Assembly (NCBI GenBank): GCA_951406725.2
Contig: OX597816.1
Coordinates: forward strand, 151,094,001-151,158,000
Origin: Octopus vulgaris
Taxonomy: Eukaryota
Direction of reading: 5' to 3'
DNA length: 64,000 nucleotides
Made by a program: the position numbers and the translations under genes. This document shows, one piece after another, positions 1 to 13,235 of the stretch. The notes beneath the pieces were generated by a model. The model saw nothing but the letters and a program-made list of their open reading frames with translations, searched no databases and was not told the DNA's origin. Within the stretch, counting starts at the first letter, position 1. The number at the start of each line of letters is the position of its first letter.

Positions 1-3000
1 ATAAAATTTGCTGCATATGGCTTTGGTAAATGCTCTTTTAAGTGTTTAACTCAGAAATCAAAAGTGGGTTGTGGATTGAGCTTACCAGGAGCTTACTCTG
101 TATAAGGCACGCAGTAGTACCATATATTTGATTGGTACTTTTTTTTCTGTCTAGACAAGGAAATACTGTTCGTAAAGGCAAATATACAATTTCTATTATT
201 GAACACTAGTATTGTAGTCATCCTTGCTTTATCAAATAGGAGGAATGCTAAGCAAAATAGATCTGTGACATTTGGACCCAGAAGTCTGAGGCCAAATTTT
301 GGATAGTATGATATACTCAATCTGACTTTTTGCTAGTCTGTTATCTCTTCCACAATTATTTTTTAGTGATGTGCAAAAATTGATATTTTAAATTCAGATA
401 TTTAAATTTCTAACACTATTACAAGCAAATATCACTGCTCACTACACTAGATTATTTTATGCAAGCTGCTATATTATAGGCATGTATCCAAACCACTTGC
501 AACAGGTGGCTTATCATCACATACAAAAAACTTTTATCAATACTTCATGGAAATATTTTCTCACTCTAAAGCATTTGTTTATCTCAATTGAATTTAGCAC
601 ATAGCTTTTCAGTCTTTTTTTTTTAAGGTGACCTATAATCACCTGACAAAATTATATCTACACAATGTTCAGTTTTTTAAAAAAAACAATAGTTATGTAA
701 TTGGAGTATCTGCAATTTTTCATTGCTAGCATTCCAGTTCAAAAACCCTGAAATATTAGAGTAACACTTCTGAAAGATTTTTATTGTTCTTTCTTATCCA
801 TAAACTAGTGCTCAATTGTGGTTTTATGATACTGAATATGGAATATGATACAAAATATGGAATAAATCATCAGTCAGAACAATTACTGGTGTAGCATGTG
901 TTTCATAGAATTCTCAAGATGGTTTGAGTGTTAGAGGTTTCAGCTGTTAAGGATGAGTGACAATGAATCAGAAATGATTGTTCTCTTGGTTTTATTATGT
1001 TCATGCTATAAGAGAGAGTTGGAAATATTACTTTCCAATTTTGATTTGAAAGCTTGATGGACACTGATATTGTATCTGATACAGCTGCTATAACATGTTC
1101 ATTGACCTATCTTTGTAAAAGATTATAAGAAAAAAAGAAGAAAAACGTATCTATAGAGTAAATTACAGAGTAGTACAGAGTGTTTCTTTCTGTACACCTT
1201 TGAAAACCAGATGGTTATTATTAGCTCCATGTCAGCTCTTATCAAGCAGGCAGACATATGATTGAAGGCACTCCAGCCATTTTTTTCTTTTTTTTAAGGT
1301 AGTTTATCTAGCTTATTTAAATTTAGGTATGCATTTTCTTTTTGTAATTTTTTCTATTTAGATTTGTCAGTTGTGCAATTAAATATTATAAGAAAACCTT
1401 TTACCTACTTCTATTAAATTTCTTGTAAGTATGGTAAATATCACTTATCTAGTTATGAAAATACTACATTTGCTGCCATTAACTTTTCACTTTCTTAGAA
1501 ACATACAATTTTGATAGGGGTTTCTTTATCAACTCCTTCATTTGTCTGGTTTTATCTGTCATATATTTTCTAGACAAGCTGAACTAAAATTTAAAAAAAT
1601 GTTTGCACCTTTTTACTAATTTATAGTGCTGTAGTTGTCATCAACCATGAATTACTCTTGTACTTGAACCTCGGTCTTTGGATGTTACACACTCCTAGAT
1701 GTTGAGATTGTCAACATTAAGAATTTATTTTTTCATAATGGCTTAACACCTGTGGAATTGGCACAGCCTCCAAACTGGTAGGTGAGGTTAAGAAACCTCA
1801 ACTATAGGTTTCTGCATCAATATACCAAATTCTCTTCAGTCCAAATACGTTCAAAAGGTTTGATGTTAAATCAGATAAATGCTTCCATAAAATTTAGTGT
1901 ACCCAGTTTCATTTTATGTGACTTGACTGAGGCTATGATAAAAAAAGTTAAACAAGGTGTTACTCACTAGGATCAAACTGAGAACCATGTTATTGTAAAG
2001 TGAACTTCTTGACCACATGATGATAACCTGCTTGACAAGTTTCATAACTATATTCAATGTTAAGTTTTTCAGTACAATAAGACTGAAACAAGTTTCATCT
2101 TGAATGTCTTTCATCAATATACACTTGCTTTACTTGCTTGCTGGTGTCTCTGTATTGAAGGTAGTTTTATAAACAAAGAACATACTTGATATCTGTTACA
2201 GTATATTTATTCATATCAAAGTATAATAAAAAAAATCTTTTTCTTTCTAAAAAAATACTTAAAATGTCATCTGGGTCTCCATTAATGGTAGTTTTTTTGT
2301 TGTTTTTTTATGACAGACCCGAATTTAAACAGTTCTAGAGAATTAAAGTGTCAAGAATTTCTTAATCATTAACTCAGCTTCACTCAGTTTCAATTGAGCT
2401 ATAGGCCATTCCTGTATTTGAGAAGGACATGAATGTCACACAATCTTTTCCTTCACTCTGATCTTTTATCTTGTGTTAGGTGTCAGTATGGAGTAAAAAA
2501 AAAAGAAAAAAAGAAAGAAAAAATGCTTTGCATCTTGTGTTGTTGGGTGAGAGAATCAGTATCCCTCCACCCATCTATCTTTTTTTTTATGGGTAAGTTG
2601 TTTGTATAACCTTTTTATACTTCTGAATAAAGAGCCTCTTTGGTTCCTTGTCCATCTATATTGTTTGGTGCAATTCTTATATTAGTAATAGATTCTTTCT
2701 GCTACTCCTGCTGTTTACTTTTTATCACTGAGGTATCAGTAAATATTTCTGTTCTTATCTTGTGAATATCAGCCTGGTTCTGGTAATGGGTTCTGTTGGC
2801 TGAAAATGATGGCTTTTTCTATTTTTCTCTCTTTTTATTTATTTGTGAAGTAAATTACAGTTTTGCTGCAATCATATTGAGATATTTTTCTGTATGTGTT
2901 TGTGTGTTAGCAGTAGTTTTGGCTTTTTAGGTGCACTTAGAACTTCACTGAAGTCTACTGGGAAGATATTGGGCTTTAGATAAGCAAATGGATTCACTCC

Positions 3001-6000
3001 CAGCATGTATCTGACATTCAGGATTTCTGATGGTATATTATGTCGGTTTGTGTCATAATACAAGATGACAAAAGCTATTCTTTGATCAATCAGTCAATCC
3101 TGTTATTCAGTTATTCAGTATGTATTGACAATATAAACTATTTCTTGATCAAGGAGTCCAAGGAATTCAGTCTTATGTGTATGGTTGTTATATCAATAAT
3201 ATGATTTGATTCTTGCTACTTGAATATCTCTCTTATACTTGGTGTTAATTTTTTTTCCTTGGAAATTTCAATAGAGTTTATATAATTTTTCTTCCACAGT
3301 TTCCTGTTTCTCAGCAATTCCTGTCAGTTGCTTGAAAATGTTCATGTAGTTACCAATATTATTATCATTAATTAAAAGCTGTGTATTAAGGTATTGCAGG
3401 TCTAGTTACTATAATTCTAGATACTGCCAGAGAAATAGTGAGAAATTATGATAGTGTTGGAGACACAAAATTGGATCCTCATATCATTGAATTGATTTAG
3501 TAGAAATGGCTGGGACTATTGAAGAAGCAATGACTAATTTTCTGTCTCTCAAGTCAAGTGGTTTGGTACAGTCCAACTGGATTGTGAACCACCAGCTTTG
3601 AAATTTAAAGGGTGTGCCTTGATACAGTCAACATGGAGTTCATTCCTCTCCAAGCTAGACTTGAAGGAACATTTCAACTGAGTACTGCAAACTAAAACTT
3701 TTGGCAGTTATACAGTACTCTGCTTTCAGTTGTGTAATTTATTAAGATATTTATCGGTTTTAATATACATGCATCCATGTGTGTGCTTGTGCGCACGCAC
3801 AGTTTTATATGTCTGTGCTTAGTGGGTGGAATAGTTTTGGTTACAGCAATTTTTCACAGTTGGATGTCCACACTTATTTCACTAGTAATCACTCACCTGT
3901 GAAGCTTTAGTGATATGTTTTTTGTTAGTCAAACTGTAGCAAATACAATTATGTGCCTTGCCCAGGGACACAACACAGTAATTGAAATTAATTCAATACC
4001 TTGTAGATTTTATTTTAGAAAGAAAATTGACATTACCTATAGAACAGTTGTTTTGTACCTGCACACACACACACACATACGCCTGTGTTTTGATCATTTA
4101 TGCTATTTATTGGATTTGGAAAAGATGGATTATAGTTTTAGTTTTTCTTCATCTTTTGGAGAGGTGATGTCAGCAGTGGAGATTGTAGTGACTGCTGCTA
4201 CTGCTACATTCCATTCACTTTACAATAACATGTTTTTCTGTTTTCTAGATACCTAAAAAAAAAGAAGAAATGGAAGTTTGTATGATGTCATTGCTATAGA
4301 TAATTGAATGGGACCAGGATAATAGTAGTGATGGCATAGCTTTATTGTGGAATTTTAATATTTTGGTATGTGAAGGCACTGGAATGTCCTGAAAACAGTA
4401 GCATCACCAACAACAAACAGCCATTTTTATGTTAGAGGATAGATTGCTAGAATATTTGTTTTATGTGTGTAGATAGATAAATAAATACACATGTGTGACA
4501 GTTGGTATGTTTGATTTTGTTGAAAAAAATTTTCATTTGATTTTAAAGTAGCTTGAATGTCTGAGTGAATTCTTCACTATCTTAAGTTCAAAACCTGCTT
4601 AGTTTATTGCCAGTTCTTTCATTGTGGAACCTTAAGGGGCCAGTAATATAAATACAAATGATTCTACTCTTCCCTCTGTATTGGCCTTGTACCTAGTCAA
4701 AAGAAATTGTGTGTATATTTGCTGCTTACAGTCATAGTGTCTATTAATGACTAGGTGGTTGGGTGCAATGTGAGTTGAGTCCTCTTGCCTAGAGTACTTA
4801 CTACCCAGCACTTTTGATGGGATGCAAAACAGCTTACCATTTTATTCATGCCAGCATAATAATCAATAAAGCTAGTTGCCACACCCATTCCAAAGTTGTC
4901 TGTATCTAATCTAAATTGATATGCCTGAAGTTGTGAGGGTGTCTAATTCCCTGAGGGCATGACAGGTTTGGGTTCAGTAGAAAAGCTTTTACAGTACACT
5001 AACACTTTCCATGTGGACTTCATTTTCAAATTCAAACAGAAGACCTTATTGTCTACTTCAAAATTTCTTTTTTAGTTTTTGACTGTTCATGTTTGGTTTT
5101 TATTGTGCCTATGTTAGAAAATCACTTATTATTATTATTGTTAATTTTTCTAATGTTTATCTGTTTAACAACCTGTCCACAGATAAAATTGAGGAATATA
5201 TAAAGAAGTTAGTCATCCAAATATATAGTAGTGGAAAAATTCAATTTTCGGTTTGTTTATCTAAGTTGGGTCTGTCACCCTACAACAGTAACTCTTCTCT
5301 TTTCTTTGCATGTCTTTTTTTTTTTGTCCTGAGCCTCTTTTCCTCTTTCTGTATCCCAACCCATAATGCCACTAATCTTTATCTTATTGATATTGTTTAA
5401 ATTGCCAAGATTGATAAAGAACAGTGTTTTAACAAAATTAAAACACTATATAGTGTTTTTGTGGCACTTTTAGAAAATATTCTAAAGAAGCAAAAAATAA
5501 AACAAATAGAATTTGTAACATATTGCTTACTCTCCCTACTATCTTCTTCCCTTCTTTTTTGCTTTCTTCAAACTTGCTCCCCTTATCTAACTGCTTTTAT
5601 GACTGAGGAATCAAATGTTGGTTATCTGAAAAGGTTTTCATCTATGGCTACTACTATTTATTGCTGCTAACAGTTTCAAAAGGCATGAGCAGATTTGGAT
5701 CCAGTACTCTTAATTTGCTCCCATTTTTAAGCAGTATAATGTCTAAATAGTGTATTTCATGGAATACTTGAGATTGAAAGCAACACAGAATCACAGAGAC
5801 CAGTTATGTGCATACACACATTCACTTTGTGTTAAAGAACATTAATCTTTTCCTTTTAATGAAATGTTTTACCTCATGTAATAGGAATAATGGTTGTTTT
5901 TTTAATTTTTTTTAAACCGATACCAAGTTTATGGCTTGTCTCAAATAACTTTTAAGTTTTGTCAAGGGTGTAGAAATTTTTTCAGAACAGTGAAATGTTT

Positions 6001-8381
6001 GTTTGCAGTAACTTTGAGTTGTTCTGGATTAGAGGAGGAGGTAGGGGATGATCATAAGAAATTTCTTTGGTATAGAGTTTTCGTTTTACTGGTGGTGATT
6101 GTATTTTTGTTGAGATACAATATTTCTAATGTAACATACTCTCTTATAATACTGTCCTTGTTTGATTATAATCTTGGAAGATTTTATTTTTACATTTTAC
6201 TATTTAAAAAAAAAAACATTTTATAAATTCATGTGCTTTTACCTATCCCTGAATAATTTGAGATATAAATTGTCTCTCTTCCTCTCAGTTTCAGGAGTTA
6301 CAGGTTCACAGCTTTTCAGAAGCAAACATCATTTAAAAAAATGGTTTCATATATATATAATTGCTTACTTGTTTTAGTCATTTGACTGACTATGCTGGGG
6401 CCTTGAAGGGCCTTAGTCGAACAAATCGACCCCCGGATTTTTTTTAAAGCCTAATACATATTCTAGTTTCATTTGCCAAACTGCTAAATTATGGAACATA
6501 TATTGTTATATAGTGAGGTATTGGTTAACATTTCAATATACTTGCTTATCTTGATAATATATTAGTAATCTCTAATTATAGTTTAAATTATCACTGTAAT
6601 AGTTTTTCCTTTCATGTTGGCATGGGGTAGACTATTCTCTTTACCTCTCTCTCTCTCTCTTATCATCTTAACTGTAAGATCCAAAATTACCTATCATATT
6701 ATTTCTTTCCATGTTGTCTTCTCTGAACGTCATTCTTAAACTATAATTACTGTTTCTTGAAGATAGTTCTCTTCAAAAAAGAATAATTAATTCTTCACCT
6801 AATTTCGTTATGTCAGCTTAGTCCAGTTTATATTTTTATTTACCAGTTGAATATTCAGCTCTGTAGGCAAATAAGCTCCTCAATACAGAATTTCATATTG
6901 TAAAATTACACCACACAATATTCAATACAACTTGAATAAACAGTCGTTTGGTTAGAAAATTTGGAACAAATATTCTGTGTGTTAAGTACTGAAAATCAAA
7001 ATCGAGCGAGCTTTTACCCTTTTGCATGCATTAACATTTGTTTCATATCCCCATGGATGGATTTACAAATTGGTACCTTCCTACATGTCTGTAACTTGTC
7101 TGTCAAATTCAAATGTTCTCTGGTCAACTTTTTTGTTAGTTCTTCTTTGATCTACCTCTGTTTTGGAAACTTCTCTGCCAAATTACTGCACTTTTTTCCA
7201 AATACATGTCACTCATGCTCATGTGTGTAATGAAATGTGCTTCTATTCCCATGCCCAACTTTTAAAAATGATTTTTAACAACCTTATCTAGATTAAGATT
7301 TGTGTTAAACTGTACCAGTTTGATATTTAAGAACAAGCTAGTTTTGTTCTTAAGAAAAAGGAAGTTTGTAATCTTTCATTTCTAAATACTATCATCCTTT
7401 GGTCTGTTTCATTTCATAATGGGTTATTTTGCTGGGATCTGCTCATGGACTCTGACTGATTTTTTTTTTTTTTTTTTCTATCTATTGTCTCTATATTAAC
7501 TGTAGACATGTGTGACCTAGTAAAATTTGTGAATGATAATGTTAGTTTTGTTGGTGTGTATTAAGTAAATTAGTTGAATAGTCTACTGCCATTCACTAAC
7601 TAGTGTGCCGTCAAGGAAATAGACAATTGGTTGTGTGTCACATCTTGATATTTCCTCCACTATTTCCTCTCTGGAAGTCTACTTTGCAACGTACATTTAT
7701 TTCAGTCCAGTTGGAAAAGGTTAGTTGTCACTAGCTAAAGTGCTTAATTGCTAACAATGCCAAACACAGTGTTGTGAACAAAGGCATTTAGCAGTATGTA
7801 GTATTTAATTATCTGAAAGAAGAAATAAAAGTGAAAGAGAAAATATCTAATCTTCAGGCATTATTTTAATAAAATGGTATTAGTGTAATGTTAAAAAATA
7901 TTTTTGTTTTTTATTAGGTGCAGTGCCAATATTTCTAGATGAGTATAGCTAAGTGAATCAGCCTTTGTGTGTGTGTGTTTATTATTTATAAGTAAGGTTT
8001 AACACTCTTCTTGTTTGAGAATACAGCAGATTGCACTCTGACTTTCAAGCCTACACTCCATGTGTCTCAGCTGCAAATTTATATTTTTATAGTATAGTCA
8101 GTAGAAAGACATTTGCAGACTCTTTGAGGTTTGTGGCATTGATACATTCATGTTCAATTTGAATCTCTGCAATTTGACATCTGTGGAAAGATCCTGGATA
8201 AGAAGAGACTTTCATGTGGCTGATGTTTTGGGGATGAAAGTATATCACTGAGCAAAGAATGTTCTATACATAACTTGCTTAGGTTCAAAGATGTTTAGGG
8301 TTGGACAGGGGGAACTTAGTACATAGAATATTCGATGGAGAATTTAAAATGCTTTCTTAAATTAAGCTTTTGGGTTATATA

Positions 8382-9600
8382 CACTGGCCAAAATAAGTTT
8401 AAGACTAATGATGACAGTTTTATTCTTCATTAATTTATTTTTAACAAAGCTATATAAAATTTTACTTTTTACTGTTTATGTAGAATTTTTTTCTCTTTCA
8501 AATGATATAGGCATTATATATCTTTATACAATTTGAATAATTTTAATGGGCACTTAATTCAAATGATTAAAAGTTGTTGGCAAAATAAATTTAAGACCAT
8601 ACCAACATTATTTTGTTTAAATTGAAAATTTACAGCACAATGGTCAACGAACAAAAATTTGTTGTTAGTATCTAGTTCCATAGCCATTATTTTCAATTAC
8701 GGCCTTACAATAGTGGGACATGGAGTTCAACAAATGAGCACAAAAATCACTTGGAATTTTCTGCCATATTTCTTCAATAAAATTGTATAATTGGGACAAA
8801 TTTGTTGGCATTTTTTTAGCATGAACTCTTTCCGAAACGTAATTCCATAAATTTTCTATTGGATTCAAATCCAGGCTCTGCAGTGGTCACTCAATAACCA
8901 CCATGTTATTGCGCTCAAAATATTGCAAAACTTTCCTAGCCTTATGAACAGGGCAATTGTCCTGCTTGAAAATAGACCCCAGTGGTATCTGATATTTAAA
9001 TATGGCAGCACATTTTCATTTACTAATTGCAAATAGCCTACACTGTTCAGTCTGCCCTCAACTTTAACAATTGGACCTAAACTTAAACTGCTGAACGTGA
9101 CCCCCCTCCTGCTTGCGTCATTGTTTCGACACACTTAGGTTGGAATTGTTCAGTTAGACAGCGTGTAACATGGGTCTTTCCATCTAATCCAATGATGCAG
9201 AAGCAGGATTCGTCGCTTCAAAGAACTTTTGACCAGTCTTCAGCAGTCCACTTAATGACTTTTAGCAAACTTGATCTGCTTCTGCTGGTTAATCTCAGAA
9301 AATATCAACTTCTTTACAGTGATCCGGCCAAACAGTTCAAATTCTTTTAGGCAGTTTGACAGTTTGTGGTGTGAAGCTGATGTCAGTTTCATCAGATAAT
9401 TGCTTGCAAATGTCCACTGCTGTTAGCATTCAGTTATCTTCAGAGAGCCTATGAATTTGCCGATCCATCTCTACTGTTGTTTTTCTCGGAGTGCCCTTTC
9501 TTTGTCGATCTTAGTATTGGCCAGTGGCTATTTTACTGCATCCTAATTGCTTGCTAATTTTTTTACCAAAAATGTCAGTTTTGCCATTAAATGTAAGACT
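8382..9600 (-). mobile_element. Tc1-family (DD34E) DNA transposon, decayed transposase
   Basis: Minus-strand translation gives GTPRKTT (GRPR-like linker), QDNCPVHK...*PLQSLDLNPIENLW with 34 residues between D and E, and C-terminal AVIENNGYGTRY*. The end reads TA|CACTGGCCAAAATAAGTTTAAGAC, with an internal direct repeat at ~8577-8599. Stops and frameshifts present; the other TIR is not clearly seen. Confidence 0.9.
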
Positions 9601-11474
9601 GAAATAAGAAACTAATACAAAGCTGCAAGTTAGCTAAATTTGTAGAATATTTAGACTTCAATTTATCTCATTTTATGAACTTTCTGACACAAACCTATAC
9701 TACTTCTTTGGACTCTGTTTTTATTATTATTATTATTATTTTATACTGTATTTAATTTTGTTCTATGTTCTGATTCCAAATAATTACTACAGTTAGTTTC
9801 TCATTTCATTCCTCTAGGAACTGTTGAAACAAGTGTTAAGAATATATTGATGTCATTTCAGTTGGTTGTAATCTTCCTAAAATTTAGTCTTATAAGAAAT
9901 TATTTTCACCAAGAGCACTGAGTGTGCAAGAACATTAAAGTATGAACCTAACTGGCTTATGATATGTAGTCTTGTTTCCTTTATTTTGAGTTCAGATCCC
10001 TCTGGATATGATTGTTTTTTTTTTCTTTTTTTTTATCCTACCAGTATCAATGAAACATATATATCAGTAATATATGTGGCTCAGCTCAGCTAATTAGGCA
10101 TAATAATAAAAAGAAAAAAATCCTTATACATATGAATTGGCTGATTTAGTGTTGGACGAAGTGCTTTGTGGTCTTTAACTGTGGATTTTTACATTCCTCA
10201 GTTCAAAACATGCCAATGTCAATTTTATTTTTTTATCTTTCTAGAGTAAAAAAAAACAAAGTACCAGTCAAGTAATGGCGTTGTTTTAATCAACTTATAC
10301 TCCCTTCTAAAATTTCAGGCTTTGTGCCTGTGTTAGAAACTATATTATTTTTATCAAGAAATTAAAAAAGCAAAAAAAAAGTGGTGGAAGTGATAGAAGA
10401 AAAGTATTTAGTGTACACTAGAGACCAAACTTAAATATTACTATTTACTCAAAAGTTAACTTGACATTTTACTGCCTGAAAACTACTTGATTGTAAAGTT
10501 TGTGGTAGCATTTTAGCCTTTTATAAATGAAACTAAACTAGACTTCTGATGGGTACAACTTGTTAACCACTCCCCTCTCTTGTATGCGTACATGCACACA
10601 TACATACACACACAACTAAGCATATAAAACTTCAAAATTTTTAAACTTTAACTGAATCATGTTTAGCTTTACTTCATTAAATACATAAATGTATTAGAAA
10701 AAAATATGCTAATGATTATAGCAGTTGTTTTCTTTTTAATTATTTTAAGACTTTGTTATACTCCATCATCCATACTCAGCAGTGTCTCTTTAGTTCAGTG
10801 TTTTATCCAAAGTAATTTTGAGTTGAGATTTGGGATATACAGTTGCATAAATCAGCCTTACTATTAAGTCAGTAGTATTTGTGACTCCTCCTTCTTTTAT
10901 AATTTAAAAAGCAAAACACAAACTAATAATTAAATTTAAGTATTTGTGGAGGTGAGGTTTTTCTGTAAGTCATTTTGGCATACTGCCACAAGAGTTTGTC
11001 CTCATGCGGTGTTATGTAGGGCAACTAGATAGGGGTAGCTGTATTCTATTGTTAACAGGATATGAACAGCCAAATTTTTCAGTTTGTAATCTGTTTCTTT
11101 ACTCAGTTTCAACTTTCAATAAAAATAACATTCTGTGTTGAAAAACAAAAAAATTCCTGAAAGCATTATAGTTTTACTTGTAATGGCAATTTCTTTAATG
11201 TAGAGCAATATCTGTATGAAGATAACAATATAATGTATATTATGTAATTTTGTTCTTCATAAGAACAACTTAAATCAATGAAGATTAATCTCAAGTTTAC
11301 ACTTTTTCCAATTGTCATTAGCTACCATCATACAATGTGAATATCAACTCATAAAGGCCCAAACAGTCAACATCAAAATTTCATGTTTAATATAGTTATT
11401 TACATATCTTTACATTATTTTATGTCAAGAGATGTAAATAACTCAGGTAGCTCATAGGCCTTATACAGTGTTTT

Positions 11475-11832
11475 GCTGCCTACTTTTCCATGCTTACATG
11501 TGTCAAACGAAAGTTGGAGTTGATGATTTTCTATGGCAAGATGCAGTTTGTGTCATCAACCCTCACCTGTTTCCCCAGTCCTTCAAGTATGAACAGCACA
11601 ATGGTTGTATACATGTTCATATAAATGCCACAGCTTGAATGACAGTAATGTTTGTTTACATTTAATGTATGTCAAGACAAGGAGACCCACACTCACACAT
11701 ATAAATTTTTATACACACATGTGACTAGTTTCTTTGCACCGAAGATACTTACCCAAGGTGCCATGCTGTGGGACTGAGCCTGAAACCACTTTTGTAAAAT
11801 GAACTTCTTGACCACACAACTATGCCTGTACC
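11475..11832 (-). mobile_element. tRNA-derived SINE (family C), antisense copy
   Basis: Reverse-complement similarity to 34155-34510 and same-strand similarity to 40300-40690 (gtgggactgagcctgaaaccac...cttcttgaccacac). Confidence 0.6.
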
Positions 11833-12250
11833 TACATTAGAAATCATTTTCATTTATCTATTTATTTTTTGAAAGATTGGAAGAATTTATGCTCTTGAGT
11901 AAAACTTTATTATTCATTTCTCTCTTGTTTTGATTTGATTAGATAGATTGTAAAATCTTTTATCAAATATCATTGGTGATAAAATAGCCATTTTTTACAG
12001 ATCATTTTACAAGAAACTCTATTTGTAATTTTCTTTATGACCAATGTGCTTGAAAAATTAAATTTACTGTTTAATTTAGGAGTAATTGCTAATTAGGTTT
12101 ACATTTTTAAACAAAGCGAAATATGTAACTATAATGTCTGCATGCATGAAGAGAATAATGCAGTAACCAGAAACATCAATGAGAAGATTTGAGTCCCACT
12201 GGGTACATTTGTTAATTTAGCTCCCTTGTGTATTGATATTGTTGTCATCA

Positions 12251-12657
12251 AAAGCAGTGAATGACAGACAACTGACTGAAAGACAAACTGCCTTGTGGTG
12301 TTTAGTTACTTTCTTTTCATATTCAAATCCTTCCAAGATTGACTACCTTTTATCTTAAGATCAGTTTAGTACCAGTCAAGTAAATAGTTGGTTTTATTAC
12401 CTATACCTCTCCTTAAGTTTGTAGTCATGTTCTGTGTAGGAATTTATTATAAGGTGGCAAGCTGGCAGAATGGACAAATTGCTTACTAGCATTCTGTCCA
12501 TTTTTACATTGTGTTCAAATTCCATCAAGGTTAAATTGCCTTTTATTTTCTCAGGGTTAACGGAATAAGTACCAGTGGGGTCAAGGTAGTCAACTAGCTA
12601 TTCCCCACTCCCAGAGAAGATTTTGGGCCTTATACCTATTGTAGAGGGGATTATTAT
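12251..12657 (+). mobile_element. Two head-to-tail tRNA-derived SINEs (family A)
   Basis: aaggtggcaagctggcagaa (A-box) ... gttcaaat (B-box) ... aagtaccagt ... ttattatt tail at 12451-12657; a more decayed copy lies directly upstream. Confidence 0.7.
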
Positions 12658-12659
12658 TG

Positions 12660-13235
12660 AATGAGAGAGTAGCGCATGCCATCAAAATGACACTGGGGTA
12701 CAAATATACACAGCCCAATATACCCATCATAACTACCCCTATGATAAGGGTACACCATGCAATTCCATTACAGCCATATGTGTACAACATAGTGATTTCA
12801 TATCAAGATAAATAGCACATAACCTTGCAGGTGAGGCCCAGTCAGAGTTTTCTTTAGGTCGAGTAGCCCATCCTGCTCAAAAGGTCCCTGAATAAGGTTT
12901 CTTTAAGGATGATGAATGAAACCTACCAAAGAATTCATTTCAAAACATGGCTATGATGCTCACCCACTATTTCTGCTCGTGATCAAGGATGCACATATTG
13001 TCAGCCACTAAGGGACATACTTAACTGGTTGTGGTCAAGCAACTGACAAGCAATCTGTAGTATTGAACAGAATGTTTGCTGTAGACCATTTTTTTAAAAA
13101 CTAAGACAAAAAAACATGTACATGATAGCACTTCCAATCACTTAAGATTAAAAGCCATAAGAGCCATTGTCTGGTACTGCACCAGGGCACAACCACTGTC
13201 TGGTACAGCATCAGAGCATAGCCACTGCCTAAATA
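12660..13235. repeat. Unclassified GC-richer block, probably an interspersed repeat, ending in a ~29-bp tandem duplication
   Basis: Compositional shift; gccattgtctggtactgcaccagggcac / accactgtctggtacagcatcagagcat repeated at ~13163-13230. Repeat status rests on recall of octopus repeats. Confidence 0.35.

Noticed and set aside
103-112. taaggcacgc equals the first 10 nt of miR-124
   Set aside because: The remainder diverges and there is no complementary 5' arm upstream.
4249-4365. Acceptor/donor-bounded segment (ttttctag ... ttg|gtatgt)
   Set aside because: Stops in all three frames and no other support; at most a non-coding exon.
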